This document shows positions 50,101 through 64,000 of a DNA stretch of 64,000 bases, piece by piece (positions within the stretch are counted from its first letter, which is position 1; each line of letters starts with the position of its first letter). The notes beneath the pieces are model-generated. The model was not told the origin of the DNA and made no database searches. It saw only the letters and a program-made list of their open reading frames with translations. The position numbers and the translations under genes are program-made. Source of the stretch: Octopus sinensis (Eukaryota); the NCBI RefSeq assembly GCF_006345805.1, contig NC_043006.1:76632001-76696000 (forward strand), read 5' to 3'.

Positions 50101-53100
50101 GTTGTGTAATTTCCATTACGACGCAAGCATCGCAAGCATTGAAAAATAGAAGTAATTACTGGATTAAAATATATGCAGTACAAGTGAGTAAAATATATCA
50201 TGCCTTCCAGTGAAAAGTATTATAGTAAAAGACTAATCATTTTGATGTTATTGCAAAATGGTTTCAAGACTATCTGCAGGTAACATCTGTTTAACCGTCA
50301 AACAACATTTCAGTTATTATTTAAAGTTTTTTAAGCGATCAGCTTTAAACTTTCACTCCGATATCACTTCTTGTATACATGAGATGGATGATTAAACATT
50401 CGATTATAATGGGAAAAAAGAAGCTAGAAAAAATTTAATGTTGTGAATATGGGCTGCTATATCGGTAACTGTCAGATTATTCCTTATCTCATGTTTTAAA
50501 ACTACTCCGAGAAGGTAATAAGTCTTATTTTGTATGTAAATAGAAGAGAGACTCATAGTTATACAGAAACGGCTGCAGTAGAGATTACACGTTCTCAGTG
50601 CAAACATAACCTAATTACAACAAACGTACAATTCCTTTACCAATTTATACTTACCACTATACGTAAACGCCTGATTTCTGTCGTACACTCTTGAAGTCAC
50701 ATAGGCTCTGGATGTACACACTAGTTAAAACCATAGACCAAATGCACATGTTTATAAAAGGTTCTTTTGCTAACAAATTTCTTTACCTTTAATCTGGCCT
50801 ACAACACTCAAAATATCTTAAATAATTAAGAATTAAGACTTCCGAGTAATTTTGCTCATTATCCGTTTTCTGTTTTGGCATAGTGGTACAGCGAAAGAGT
50901 GGGGTAGGGCAATAGGTAAATAAGTTGAATTCAAAAGGAAGTAACAACCGTAACTATAAAGATATTAATCAGATTTTTACGACTACTTTTCTTTCATCAT
51001 AACGATTTGCTGCGAATGTAAAGGAACTAAGAAACAATTTGATGTTGTACTTGATGTACCGAAAATGGAAAAGGTCACTTTATTGCGGTTTGAGGTCAAT
51101 GTAATTAATTTTAATCAGCCATTGATGATTTTGAAATTTTCATAATGAAAGGAGATGATAAGGATGGTGGGATGATAAAGATCGGAATGCGGAAAATACA
51201 AAGCAGGAAAAGGGTAGCTGGGTACATTTCAAACTTAGTATAGCTACAAGCAATGCCTCTAAAGAATGCCAGAAGATGTAAATAAGAATCAGTAGCTTAG
51301 AGGAATTTCTAGAATACTATTAAGTGTTGTTGCTGTCGTTGTTGTCGTTGTTGCTGCTGCTGTTGTTGTTGTGGTTGTTGTTGTTGTGTACCAGACTGTT
51401 GTATTTAAGTAGATCTATAATCAAAGCTGTCCAGCCACGATCACTAGACTTTTCACATTCTCTATATTCAATACTATAATATCTAATGTATTCGCTGTTA
51501 TGAAAGTGGAGTGTGAATAGAGGTAGATTTGGTTGCTATTTTTAGGAAGTCTAATGGCTCCGTGGTTATTACTAAACAAACTACACCATTTGCTCATCAG
51601 ATTTAATCAGAAAAAAATCTTCCTCACGTTTTTTTTTTTCAATGGAGCCCAAACGTGAAAATATTTTGAGTTGATGAATCTTCCTTTAAGTCCGCTTTCT
51701 TCAGTTATCCAATCAAGATCATGAATTATGAAAATAACTCTTAAATCTTCTCTTTACGGAAACATTGCTATACCAACAAAGTTCTTCTATGTGCGGTAAC
51801 CGACGACCAATTTACTTTAATTAGTCCATACACGATATACTGCGTTTCTCAATTATACACACCATAGGCCGAATATGCTGCTTGCTATTTCATGTCATTC
51901 TTTTTATTCACATAGTTGTTATTTTAAAATCACGTAATTTAAACTGCTGTTATATTATCGCTAAACGACTGGTTAATATTTTAATATAACTGATAGTGTG
52001 AGATGCCTGATTAAGTAAACCAACTCGATAGAGAGAATAACGATGCTATTCTGTCGTAAACAGTTATAATTTGTGGCTAGCGTTATACAATGTAATGCTA
52101 TAACGTTTGAGACTGAATTTCGACTGCATTCTCAATTTTTAATAGAATAAACACAATTCTCACAATCGTTATCTGTTAGCAATCTCAAATGTCCATGCTA
52201 AACACTGCTATAATCCAAGGAAAAAGTTGCTTCTATGCTTCAGCACCATTTTCCACCACTCGTCTTTCTAAAAGGGATACCTACAATAGTATATAACGTA
52301 CCTGAGGTTGAAGTGTATTGTAAGGAATTAGTAATAATGGTACACCCCACTCCATGTGATGAATGGAATGAGGGTGTCGCTATATCTAAGGTGACGTCGA
52401 CCAGTATCGAAAGAGAATGCACATTGCATGTCGTGTCTGTACTGACCTAGTAATTATACTGCGATACTGAGTGGGTGTTATAATGATACAACTCTTTGAG
52501 GATAATAACACTGTACGACTGAGGATCGTACAGTGTCAGATAGACACATCCTATCTTAAACTTCGGAATATAGCAATACATGTCAGAGCGAAAGTAGTCG
52601 GACAATGATAGATACAACAGCGGCAAAACGACCGCTTTATTATAATGGCGAAGAGGATTTAAACAACTGACGAGGAATTGATAAACTCAATGAGAAATAA
52701 CCAATTCACGTGGAGTTAATAGAAACTCGAAGAGAAGTTATCAAACTCACAAAAGTTTTTGTTGCGTAAATTTTAAGGCAAATCGTAAAATTAAGGAAGA
52801 TTTATTGACCGGTTTGCTTGAGTTACAAAAAGAGCAACAGCAACTGCAGCAGATGCAACTGCAAGAACAACAACAGAAACAAAACAACAACAATTATTAT
52901 TACAGCAATAAATACTGCAATTGCTGACGTTGTCAGGAAAGTCAGAAAAATTGTTCTCGCCAGACTGTTGTGAATTCAATGACTGAATTCAAATACGAAC
53001 CTAACGAAAAAGTTGCCTTCGAAGCATACTACTGAAGATAATGCAAATCTTCGAGAAAGAAGGTAAAGATAGGGACGACGAGATGAAAACTCTCTTAATA

Positions 53101-53125
53101 TCGAGAAAACTGGCGCCAACAGAAC

Positions 53126-55489
<2,364 letters not shown>

Positions 55490-58400
55490 AACAGAACTTG
55501 AACGATACAGTAATTTTGTATTCCCAAGAAAACCGCCTGACGTAAATTTTAATGACACAATAATTATATTGTGTAAGATTGTCAGGGAAAAAAGCTCACT
55601 GTTCAACACACGGTGGAAGTAACTGAACATAGAGGAAAAGAGTAACGAGGGCTACATTACATATGATGGTAGGGTACACAGGGAATGCGAAAAGTTTAAG
55701 CTGGATAATTAACTCCAGATATGTTCAAATGCCTGATTTTTACACAGGGACTAATTGCCGAAAAGGACGCAGAAGTCAGAAGTAGAATCTTGCATTGCAA
55801 AGCTGGGGCAAAGCCAGGATGTAACCCTGCAAAATGTCTCTGAAGAATGTGAAAGGACACTTAAATTAAGACACGACACAGAGAAGATTGGACGTAAAGA
55901 TTATTTCCAAGTAAAACCAGTGCGGATGTGTTTGAATAGAGAATAAGTATTTTCTAAAAATCACGACAAACATCAGGGTATAAACCCATGTTTTGCCTGT
56001 GGTGTTATGCACCTTAGGAAAAATTGTCCATTTAAAAACAGCGGAGTGTTTTAGTTGTGGTAATATGGGTCATGTAAAGACGCTTTGTAAGACGAAGACG
56101 ATAAAACGTCAAAACAAAAGAAAAATTTTTCATCGAAAAAAATGTGTGATACAACGAACATAAAATTCGTAAATGTGAAAATTAAAAGTACAAGTGTAAA
56201 ATTGAAGTTCCTCACCGGTAGTGACATGACTATTACAAACGAAAAACATCGATAAGCCGAAATTAATTAAATTTTAAAAAGGCACCACAAAGTACTACTG
56301 AAAAAAGATTATATTTTATCAGTGAATGCGTATGTAGAGTAACATTTTGAGGTCAAACGAAAAATGCTAAGATATATATATTAACACATTCACTTAATTT
56401 ATATGGCACAGAGTGGATAGAATTATTGAATATATGGGATACACGTATGTGTTTTGTGTAGAAATATGCTCGCCTCAGTCGAAGGTTAAAATGAGGACGG
56501 AGGATTGAAACAAAAAGTCGAAATAAAACACCAAGCACCTGTATGTAGGCCAAAAAGAAATGTACAGTTTGCAGCAATAGATCAAGTTAACAAAGAGCTG
56601 GAAAGATTGGAGAGTTTTGGTATAACTGAAAAGAATGACCACGCAGAATGGGCAATACCATTTGAAGAGCTTGTACAGATTTTTCTACAAGGGAGAACGA
56701 TATTTTTAGTTGCACATGCTCCCTTTGGTTAAATATTAACATACGCCATGGTTTATATAAAAGCCACTGTGTGGGCGTTATAACAATCCAACCCTTTGAA
56801 GATAATAACACTGTACGACGTCCAGTCGTACAGTGTGTGGACGAAAAGTGTGAATTCTTGCTGAATAAAAATCAATTACCTAGAGCAAGTAATTGATGAT
56901 AATGAATGCCAATTTGTGTTTAATGAATAAGAAAAATGTGAAATGTTCGCCATAGAACATATAACTACGGTACCATGCCATCCCAGATCTAATGGACAGG
57001 CAGAACGTTTTGTTGATAGCTTCAAAAGAGTTTTAAAAATAGCAAATAACGGTAGCTATTGTTGAGGTAGCTCTTCAACAATTTAAGAGTGAACCGTGTG
57101 TATAATAAAGTACATTATATATAATGTACTTATATATGTACTTATATTATATACACAACCGTGTATATAATAAAGTGCATTGTAAATTTTAGGTATAAAC
57201 CACATTGTATGAATCAAGATCTCTAGTCCAAATCCTATTTTATGAATATGTTAGAGGTCTCTGTATATTCATACAATATCCACTTCATGCAGTTTGGAAT
57301 GACTATCACTTTAAAAGCTTACTTGTGGCCCAAAGCTGTAAGGCAGATACCACACATTGTTTAGAATACATCGTTGGTTTGAAAGCACGCTCATCCTGCA
57401 AATACTTTTTACGTTGCTCAGTCTTCTTTTTAAAATATGAGTCACCGATATTTCAGGAGACACAGAGGTGAAAAATATGTCATCATTTGGCATCTACAAG
57501 CGTAATTCCAAAAAAGAAATATGTGTGCCATTTATCTGCTCTCAGAAGAAGCGTTAACCTGTACATAAAAGAACCTTTTTGTCAAGAGAAATACTATTGA
57601 TCTATTGTCATGATTTTACTGCAAATATATATTAAGACTATGTGCAAATTTCGCAATCATAGTGCTATCTAATACGTTTCTTATAAATTACATCTGGCGG
57701 TTTCAACTGGATGGTGATATACCCGCGGCATATGCTATCCCTCCCTGGCCTGTTGTATTACGCGGCTAATATCCAGTCATCGATAATTTATCATACTTAA
57801 TTTTAACATTTTCATATTAAATCTGAAGTCTTCTAATATTCCTGGCCTGGCACTTGAAATCTACCTATGTACTTCCACATCCACATCAGTACATCCAGTT
57901 ACTCTGACAGAAATCTTAATGTACAACAATTTCAGTCACAAAGTAAAGATGAATATTTAGTTTGGTAAATTCCTTTTCATTTCTCTGAAAAGACTGGAGC
58001 TCGAAGTTGAACTTAAAATAATTGATGCTGTAAAATATTTTGATCATCCTACCTGAAGGTGGAGGTGGAAATAGAAATAATAAAAACAGTAAATTAACTA
58101 GACGCTATCCACTTTCTGAACGAAATCCTTACTTGATTTTTAAAGAGAGTAACCCCTCATGAGGAAACGGTCGGATATTAGAAAAGAGATTGTGTAATTA
58201 ATATAGCCTTGAAACTGCATTAAAATATATTCATTTTTCTGAAGAGGAACTGAATATGAAGGAAATTATGGCAATAAAACGGATTGTGTTGATGTAAACG
58301 ACCACTTCTCAACGTGAATTAATGTAGGTATAACACACTCAACAAAGGACAACCTAAAATAATATGATAACACGAAATACGAAGGTGAGATGGGAGAGAG

Positions 58401-58753
58401 AGAAAGCATAATCAATAAACTGAATATTACACTACACAAGAGGCAAAAGCACAGCCCATTACCTCCATCTAAACTCATGCATAGACAGTCTTATTGAGCT
58501 ACTAATATTGCTATTTCATTGTTCTTCCGATGATGGATGACTACGAAGATATTTTGAAAGAAGCAATCATTTCAGAAAAGACACGTATCGCTCACACCTC
58601 ATATCGCACCAATGAAAAATCGTATGGATAATATGCTAAAAAAAAAAGAAAAACAGAAAGAATAATAACTTCTTCAGAATTATAAAACCGAACGAAAGTA
58701 TTCAATTTGGTACATTATGACGCACATATACATACATAAATACATATACATAC

Positions 58754-58787
<34 letters not shown>

Positions 58788-58902
58788 TATTAGTGAATTG
58801 AAAAATGGAGTTGAACGAAGATTGAACAGAAATCGTTTTATTGCATTCTACACGTGTTTCTTTTGATTAATCTGCAACAAGATTATTCATCTTTCTATTT
58901 CA

Positions 58903-58963
<61 letters not shown>

Positions 58964-59022
58964 ATATGTATGTATGTATATGTATGCATGTGTATGTGTG
59001 TGTGTGTGCGTATATATATGTA

Positions 59023-59082
<60 letters not shown>

Positions 59083-59860
59083 CATCTATGTATATATATA
59101 TATAACAGATCAGTGGAGCTGAACTAGATGTAGCAATTTGTCTAAATCTGCAACTACTTTAGTGAACAGTCGTCAGACATTCTTCCTAAGCAATATTATC
59201 TTAAATAAGGACTGTGAATATATGCGCGTTTGCATATTCATGTATGTTCACTCAATACACGCACACTCACTCACATACAGACACGCATAGGCGCACACAC
59301 AGGCACACGCACACGCAGGCACGAGCACAACACGTACAAACACGTGCACACACACACCCGGTGCGCACATAGGGATATATGTATGTATGTATGCATATAT
59401 CTCTCTCTATCTCTATTTTCTGTTCAACGAGATGTACCACTGCTAATGTTATCTTAGAGATACACATAAATTATCTTTGCCCAGCCTGCTTCAAGTCTAG
59501 TTGTTAAGCTATTACTAGACTCTGTAGTATTACTAGCGATGATATACACATTGCGATAAACAAGATTATATTATTCATTCTTCCGTATGTTCCACAATCG
59601 AAGTTCTTTGGAACGCTGTATTACATGATTTAAATGCAATTGGAAGCATAACGAAAACGGATAATCAACGTACACTTTATTGGCATATGTTACGTTAGTC
59701 CTCTGCAACAATGTGAGACAAAATGTTACCTGACGATCCATTGTGATTAAGCATCCCACTGCACTTAGAACATCCAGGCCAGAGTTAAAAGCAACCAGAT
59801 TGTTGAAACGTACGTAGGAACAGATACTCTAAAGTTGCGTTTATCATATGTTCTCATAAT

Positions 59861-59891
<31 letters not shown>

Positions 59892-59894
59892 CAA

Positions 59895-60694
59895 ATTTGA
59901 TTTGATCTAGTTTCAGTTCATGAGCTATGGCCATGCTGGGACACCGCCATTTGATGATGCTACACTACTTCAATAATTCTTTTTAGAAATTAACGTTTGG
60001 TGCATGAGGGAGTTTGATGCCGCTTACCTCATCGGCACTTCCTGCTGTGAAGTTGGTTCATCTGGGATACTTGACATTAAGAGGTTCAGTTTCGTCTTGA
60101 AAACACCTACGTCCACCCCATGTAGGTCGCTCAGATCCTTCGGGCGGATATTGAAGAGATGTTGGCTTTTAAAGCCCAGGATGTTGCAATACCTTGCCCC
60201 ATATCTTGATGGCAATTTTCTAGTATTAGTATAACTCACGATGTGAAAGCTTAAGACAAATCTATCTAGGATATTCCAAATGTATATTATGACATATCTT
60301 CCACGCCTAGGCTCTAGGGAATAAAGTTTCAAACTCTCTAGTTTTTCCCAGTAGCTTATATGCTACATAGAGGCTATCTTCTTCGTGTGGCTTCGTTGTA
60401 TTGCCTCAAGTTCTGCAATTAATTTTACACTGGTTGGTGACTAGAGCTGGGAGCAATAGGTAAAGCGGCATAATGTCCGCCAGGGAACCATCATGGTTTT
60501 CTGATCACTCGTTCTAAATATTCTAAGAATCCATTCGGTCAGCCGCCTGTATTTCATTGCAAACTTAGCAACATGCACATGGAAGGATGCATCATTACTC
60601 ATGTAAATGCCCAGGTCTCGCACTGACTGCGTCTCTTGGATTACAATCCCTCGGTGTTCATTGAATTAATTGGGATTGCATTTAGTTTTCCATG
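59895..60694 (-). mobile_element. CR1/L2-group LINE 3' end, 5'-truncated
   Basis: RDLGIYMSND..., WILRIFRTSD, YCSQLWSP, LEAIQR, YWEKL, KLYSLE.RR.RY.IIYIW (ORFs 60441-60623 and 60024-60332). 3' tail GGCGGTGTCCCAGCATGGCC...CTGAAACTAG-(ATCAA)n. Confidence 0.85.
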
Positions 60695-60699
60695 CTGAC

Positions 60700-61530
60700 A
60701 GCACAAGGCTTGAACATACACCCGTACATACATACATGAATACATCACATCACACTTTGTGGCTACGCGTTTGCAATCAAAGAGCAGGACATCGCCACAA
60801 AGTACCTTGTGAACAAGATATACATAGGCGCTCTTGTAATCCCATGGTGCGACCGCATCTCTCGGCCATGTCATGTTTTTGAGGAAGACATAACGCATGT
60901 GATTAGCAGCTGTCCTGAAATGTCGTCACGGTAATACCCCTTTATGCAGCACGATGTTGCTTCTAAAGCAATTTACAATGCCATCCGCAAAAAAGACTGT
61001 CTTGAAATAAATTTAGAACATCATTCTATTAGGGAATACATTCATAAACGCGAACTCAAGGAATGTTAGTGGAATATTCCCATTAAAATTTTTGCCAAAT
61101 GTAAACAACAAGCCGGATATTGTTGTCTGGGACGGAGGGACAAAGGTATGTACCACCATAGGGGTCAGCTGCCCTGCAGATATAAATATCTCTTTAAATA
61201 TCAGAGCAAAAGAGGATATCAATGAAAAAGTGCTTCGAAACCTCCAGCTTCTATATCCAGAATGTGAATTGATATTCATACCAATAATAATTGGAGCACT
61301 ACGATTTATTAGTAAATGTTTAGAGGACTATCTGGATAAACGGATTTTCAGAAAGATAATTCGTTCATTGCAAGCTCAGTCTGTGAGTGGAACAGTAAAA
61401 ATATGCAAGACTTTGTTCAAGTTACAAATATAAACTTGTCTGTGTTAACTACATACCAATGATGGAGACTTGTATCTGTGTTGGAAACCGGCTCCGTCCT
61501 CAGTGGAATATTTATAATAATCAATAAATA
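60700..61530 (+). mobile_element. REL-endonuclease LINE 3' fragment (R4/Dong-like, divergent subfamily)
   Basis: AIKEQDIATKYL, EEDITHVISSCPEMS, QHD, KPDIVVWD..., VSCPAD, IPIIIGAL, GTVKICKTL (ORF 61092-61433). Confidence 0.8.
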
Positions 61531-62046
61531 AAAGAGACATGCATACATATTTGAATAAGTCTGAACGTACTAAGTGATGTTGTGTTTTGTCACAGAAAAC
61601 ATTCTCCTTGATAACGAATGTGTGATCATATCACATTCGATTCATAACGGACTCTGGAACATTAGGTGTTTCGACATAGCAGTGTCTTGTTGTTCACAAG
61701 CACACCAGACAATGATTCGTAGCCCTTGTTTATTGCTTCAGCCAACGAACAGAGTTATAGTTTCACACATTCAAACATACATACATACATGCACACACAA
61801 ATATATACATATCTATATATGAATGTATATTATTTTGTATGGATGTGTGGATGTATGTACGTATAGTTCAGATTTGTATGTTTTCTTTATGTATGTCTTC
61901 TCATGCATATACTTGCATATTTAGACATGCTGTCGTTATTTAGTTTTATTTCAAGATTTCTTGCCAATAGAGAAAAAGCCGGTTTAAGCCTAGATCCAAG
62001 GCTCCTCCATTGGAATTTGAGCAACATCAACAGGGTATTTTTGTAG

Positions 62047-62370
62047 GTATGTATGTATGTATGTATGTATGTATGTATGTGTGTATGTGTGTGTATGTAT
62101 GTATGTATGTATGTATGTATGTGTGTATGCATGTATGTATGTATGTGTGTGTGTATGTAGGTATATATGCAGATTTGCTTATTTTGTTTTATGTTTGTAT
62201 TCTCATGAATATAACTGTATGACTAGACATATATATGTGTATATACTTAAATGATAAAGTTCTGAAAATATGTATGTATATATGTATATACATATGTATA
62301 TATGTATGTATATATGTATGTGTGTATTTATGTATGTATGTATGTATGTACGCATATATGTATGTACATG
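62047..62370. repeat. (TATG)n/(TG)n compound microsatellites
   Basis: Direct reading. Confidence 0.9.
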
Positions 62371-63383
62371 CACCAAACGCGGTCGCGCGCACACGTATAT
62401 AATTTCAAGTAATTTCACTTCTCAACGAGTTTTAGATAAATACTGTTTGGTTTGGTTTTGTATTCTCCAATCCACCTTCATACTATCTCAGATCTCTTCG
62501 CTCTCCTTTTTCTATATATTTTAACGATTTTTTGATGTGATTCCTAGCTGTCGAAAGTTTCGATATTTTACGTTTATTGTTCTTATCAGCGGTTAGAGCA
62601 GCCGTCCCAGCAGATATATAATATTTCTACTTTATTCCCTAATCCAGCTAAAACAAAATTGCCTGAAGACGACCAGAGATACACTACCACAAGAAGCTGT
62701 TTATATTGAAAGATGCTGCATATCCAGCTTGAAGAAAACATTCTCATACTAATCAATCGTTTCTTAGTTCAGTATCGATCTGTCAGTAGCGAACGTTTAA
62801 ATTAAAGCGACGGGAAAAGGAAAGTGTATTCCATGAAGTGTGTAATTCAACAATTTATTGAAAGAAACAACTCTTAACAACCCACGTATTTTTAAAAATA
62901 TTCGTCTCTCTAATTAGTTACGAAACCTGGGAATGGAAACTAGGATTATATAATAATTACACGCCACGTAAGTGCACTACTAAATAGCATTGAGAAAATA
63001 AGTAAGGTTAATTGACATATTCATTGCTCAAAATAAAGCAGTCAATTTAATTTATCAGAAATGCATATCCGAAATAAATTATTAATATATTTATATTAGG
63101 TACGGTAATATGGCGATAAATGCAGGTAATCAATAACAAATAAAAATAGCGTAACATACAATAAAAATGAATAATGATTATAATTTCTATCATCAAGCAA
63201 TGGCAAGCAGCAGTAGAAGCACCACACACCTTCTGAAAAACCAATTGCATCAGCATGCATGAATCAGATACATTCGCTAACGGGAAAAAATTTCTTTAAA
63301 ACATACACTAACACACATACAGCCATACACGCACCTGTGAAAATACGCAGATAACGCATATATATATATATATATATATATAT

Positions 63384-63429
<46 letters not shown>

Positions 63430-63645
63430 AGATCAAGATTCGAGTGAATCAGGTAATGATATTGTAAAGCACAGGGTCGGGTCTATAAAATAAATTCATG
63501 TGTTATATTCATATATAAACGACTATTGAAAACGTTGCTATTTAAAAAATAAATACATAAGTAAATGAGTGGAAATTAAACCGGTGAGTGTGTTAAATAA
63601 TAAGGCATTAAAAGGGAACGACTCTCCCAGACACAACAATAGACA

Positions 63646-63696
<51 letters not shown>

Positions 63697-63754
63697 GCAC
63701 ATATGTATAAATACATATATATATATATATTATACACAAATGAACCCGCAACCT

Positions 63755-64000
63755 ACATGACCTCTTGGTCCACAGTTTCTTCCCTAACACTACATCCCAA
63801 CCTGGCTCATTCCCTTGCTCCTGCCCACGCTGCCGCACTTGCCACTACCTCTCCAACACCATCCTCTTCACAGGCACTCATCATCGTCCCTATCATATCA
63901 CCGACGTCTTTGCCTGCACTTCTTGCAGTGTTATTTACTACATCACCTGCTCTTTCTGCCTTTCTCTTTACAAAGGTCAAACTGGACGCCGTTTGGCTGA
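63755..64000 (+). mobile_element. Penelope-like element, GIY-YIG region (runs off the window end)
   Basis: PGSFPCSCPRCRTCHYL...FACTSCSVIYYITCSFCLSLYKGQTGRRLA: zinc-binding linker plus GIY-YIG motif. Confidence 0.85.

Noticed and set aside
61595-61660. ENILLDNE after a splice-acceptor-like site, resembling kinase subdomain VIb
   Set aside because: No DFG motif or splice donor follows, and no other kinase exons appear in the window.

Overview
AT-rich, microsatellite-dense eukaryotic DNA. The SINE families suggest a coleoid cephalopod, probably Octopus (inference from recalled repeat sequences, not a search). I found no recognisable host protein-coding gene, rRNA, true tRNA gene or CRISPR array. 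Most ORF-track entries are translations of (TA)n, (CA)n, (TATG)n or (AAT)n repeats. The window is a graveyard of mobile elements: three tRNA-derived SINE families; decayed R4/Dong-type, CR1/Jockey-group and RTE LINEs; Penelope fragments; and a Gypsy LTR element split by a FLYWCH-MULE (Phantom-like) transposon that itself holds a SINE. Best leads: (1) two related GGATCTTTTC-ended DNA elements with perfect 8-bp TSDs, each carrying an internal (CCCTAA)n telomere-like tract, one a 289-bp-arm foldback; (2) an ORF-less, 5'-truncating retroposon that sits only in (AAT)n tracts, like the neighbouring Dong-type LINE; (3) a SINE/LINE pair sharing a 3' tail; (4) hammerhead-ribozyme cores in a short Penelope-like repeat; (5) an orphan 309-bp insert with a 14-bp TSD; (6) an unclassified decayed ORF block. 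Family names come from motif recognition by eye and need HMM/Dfam confirmation.
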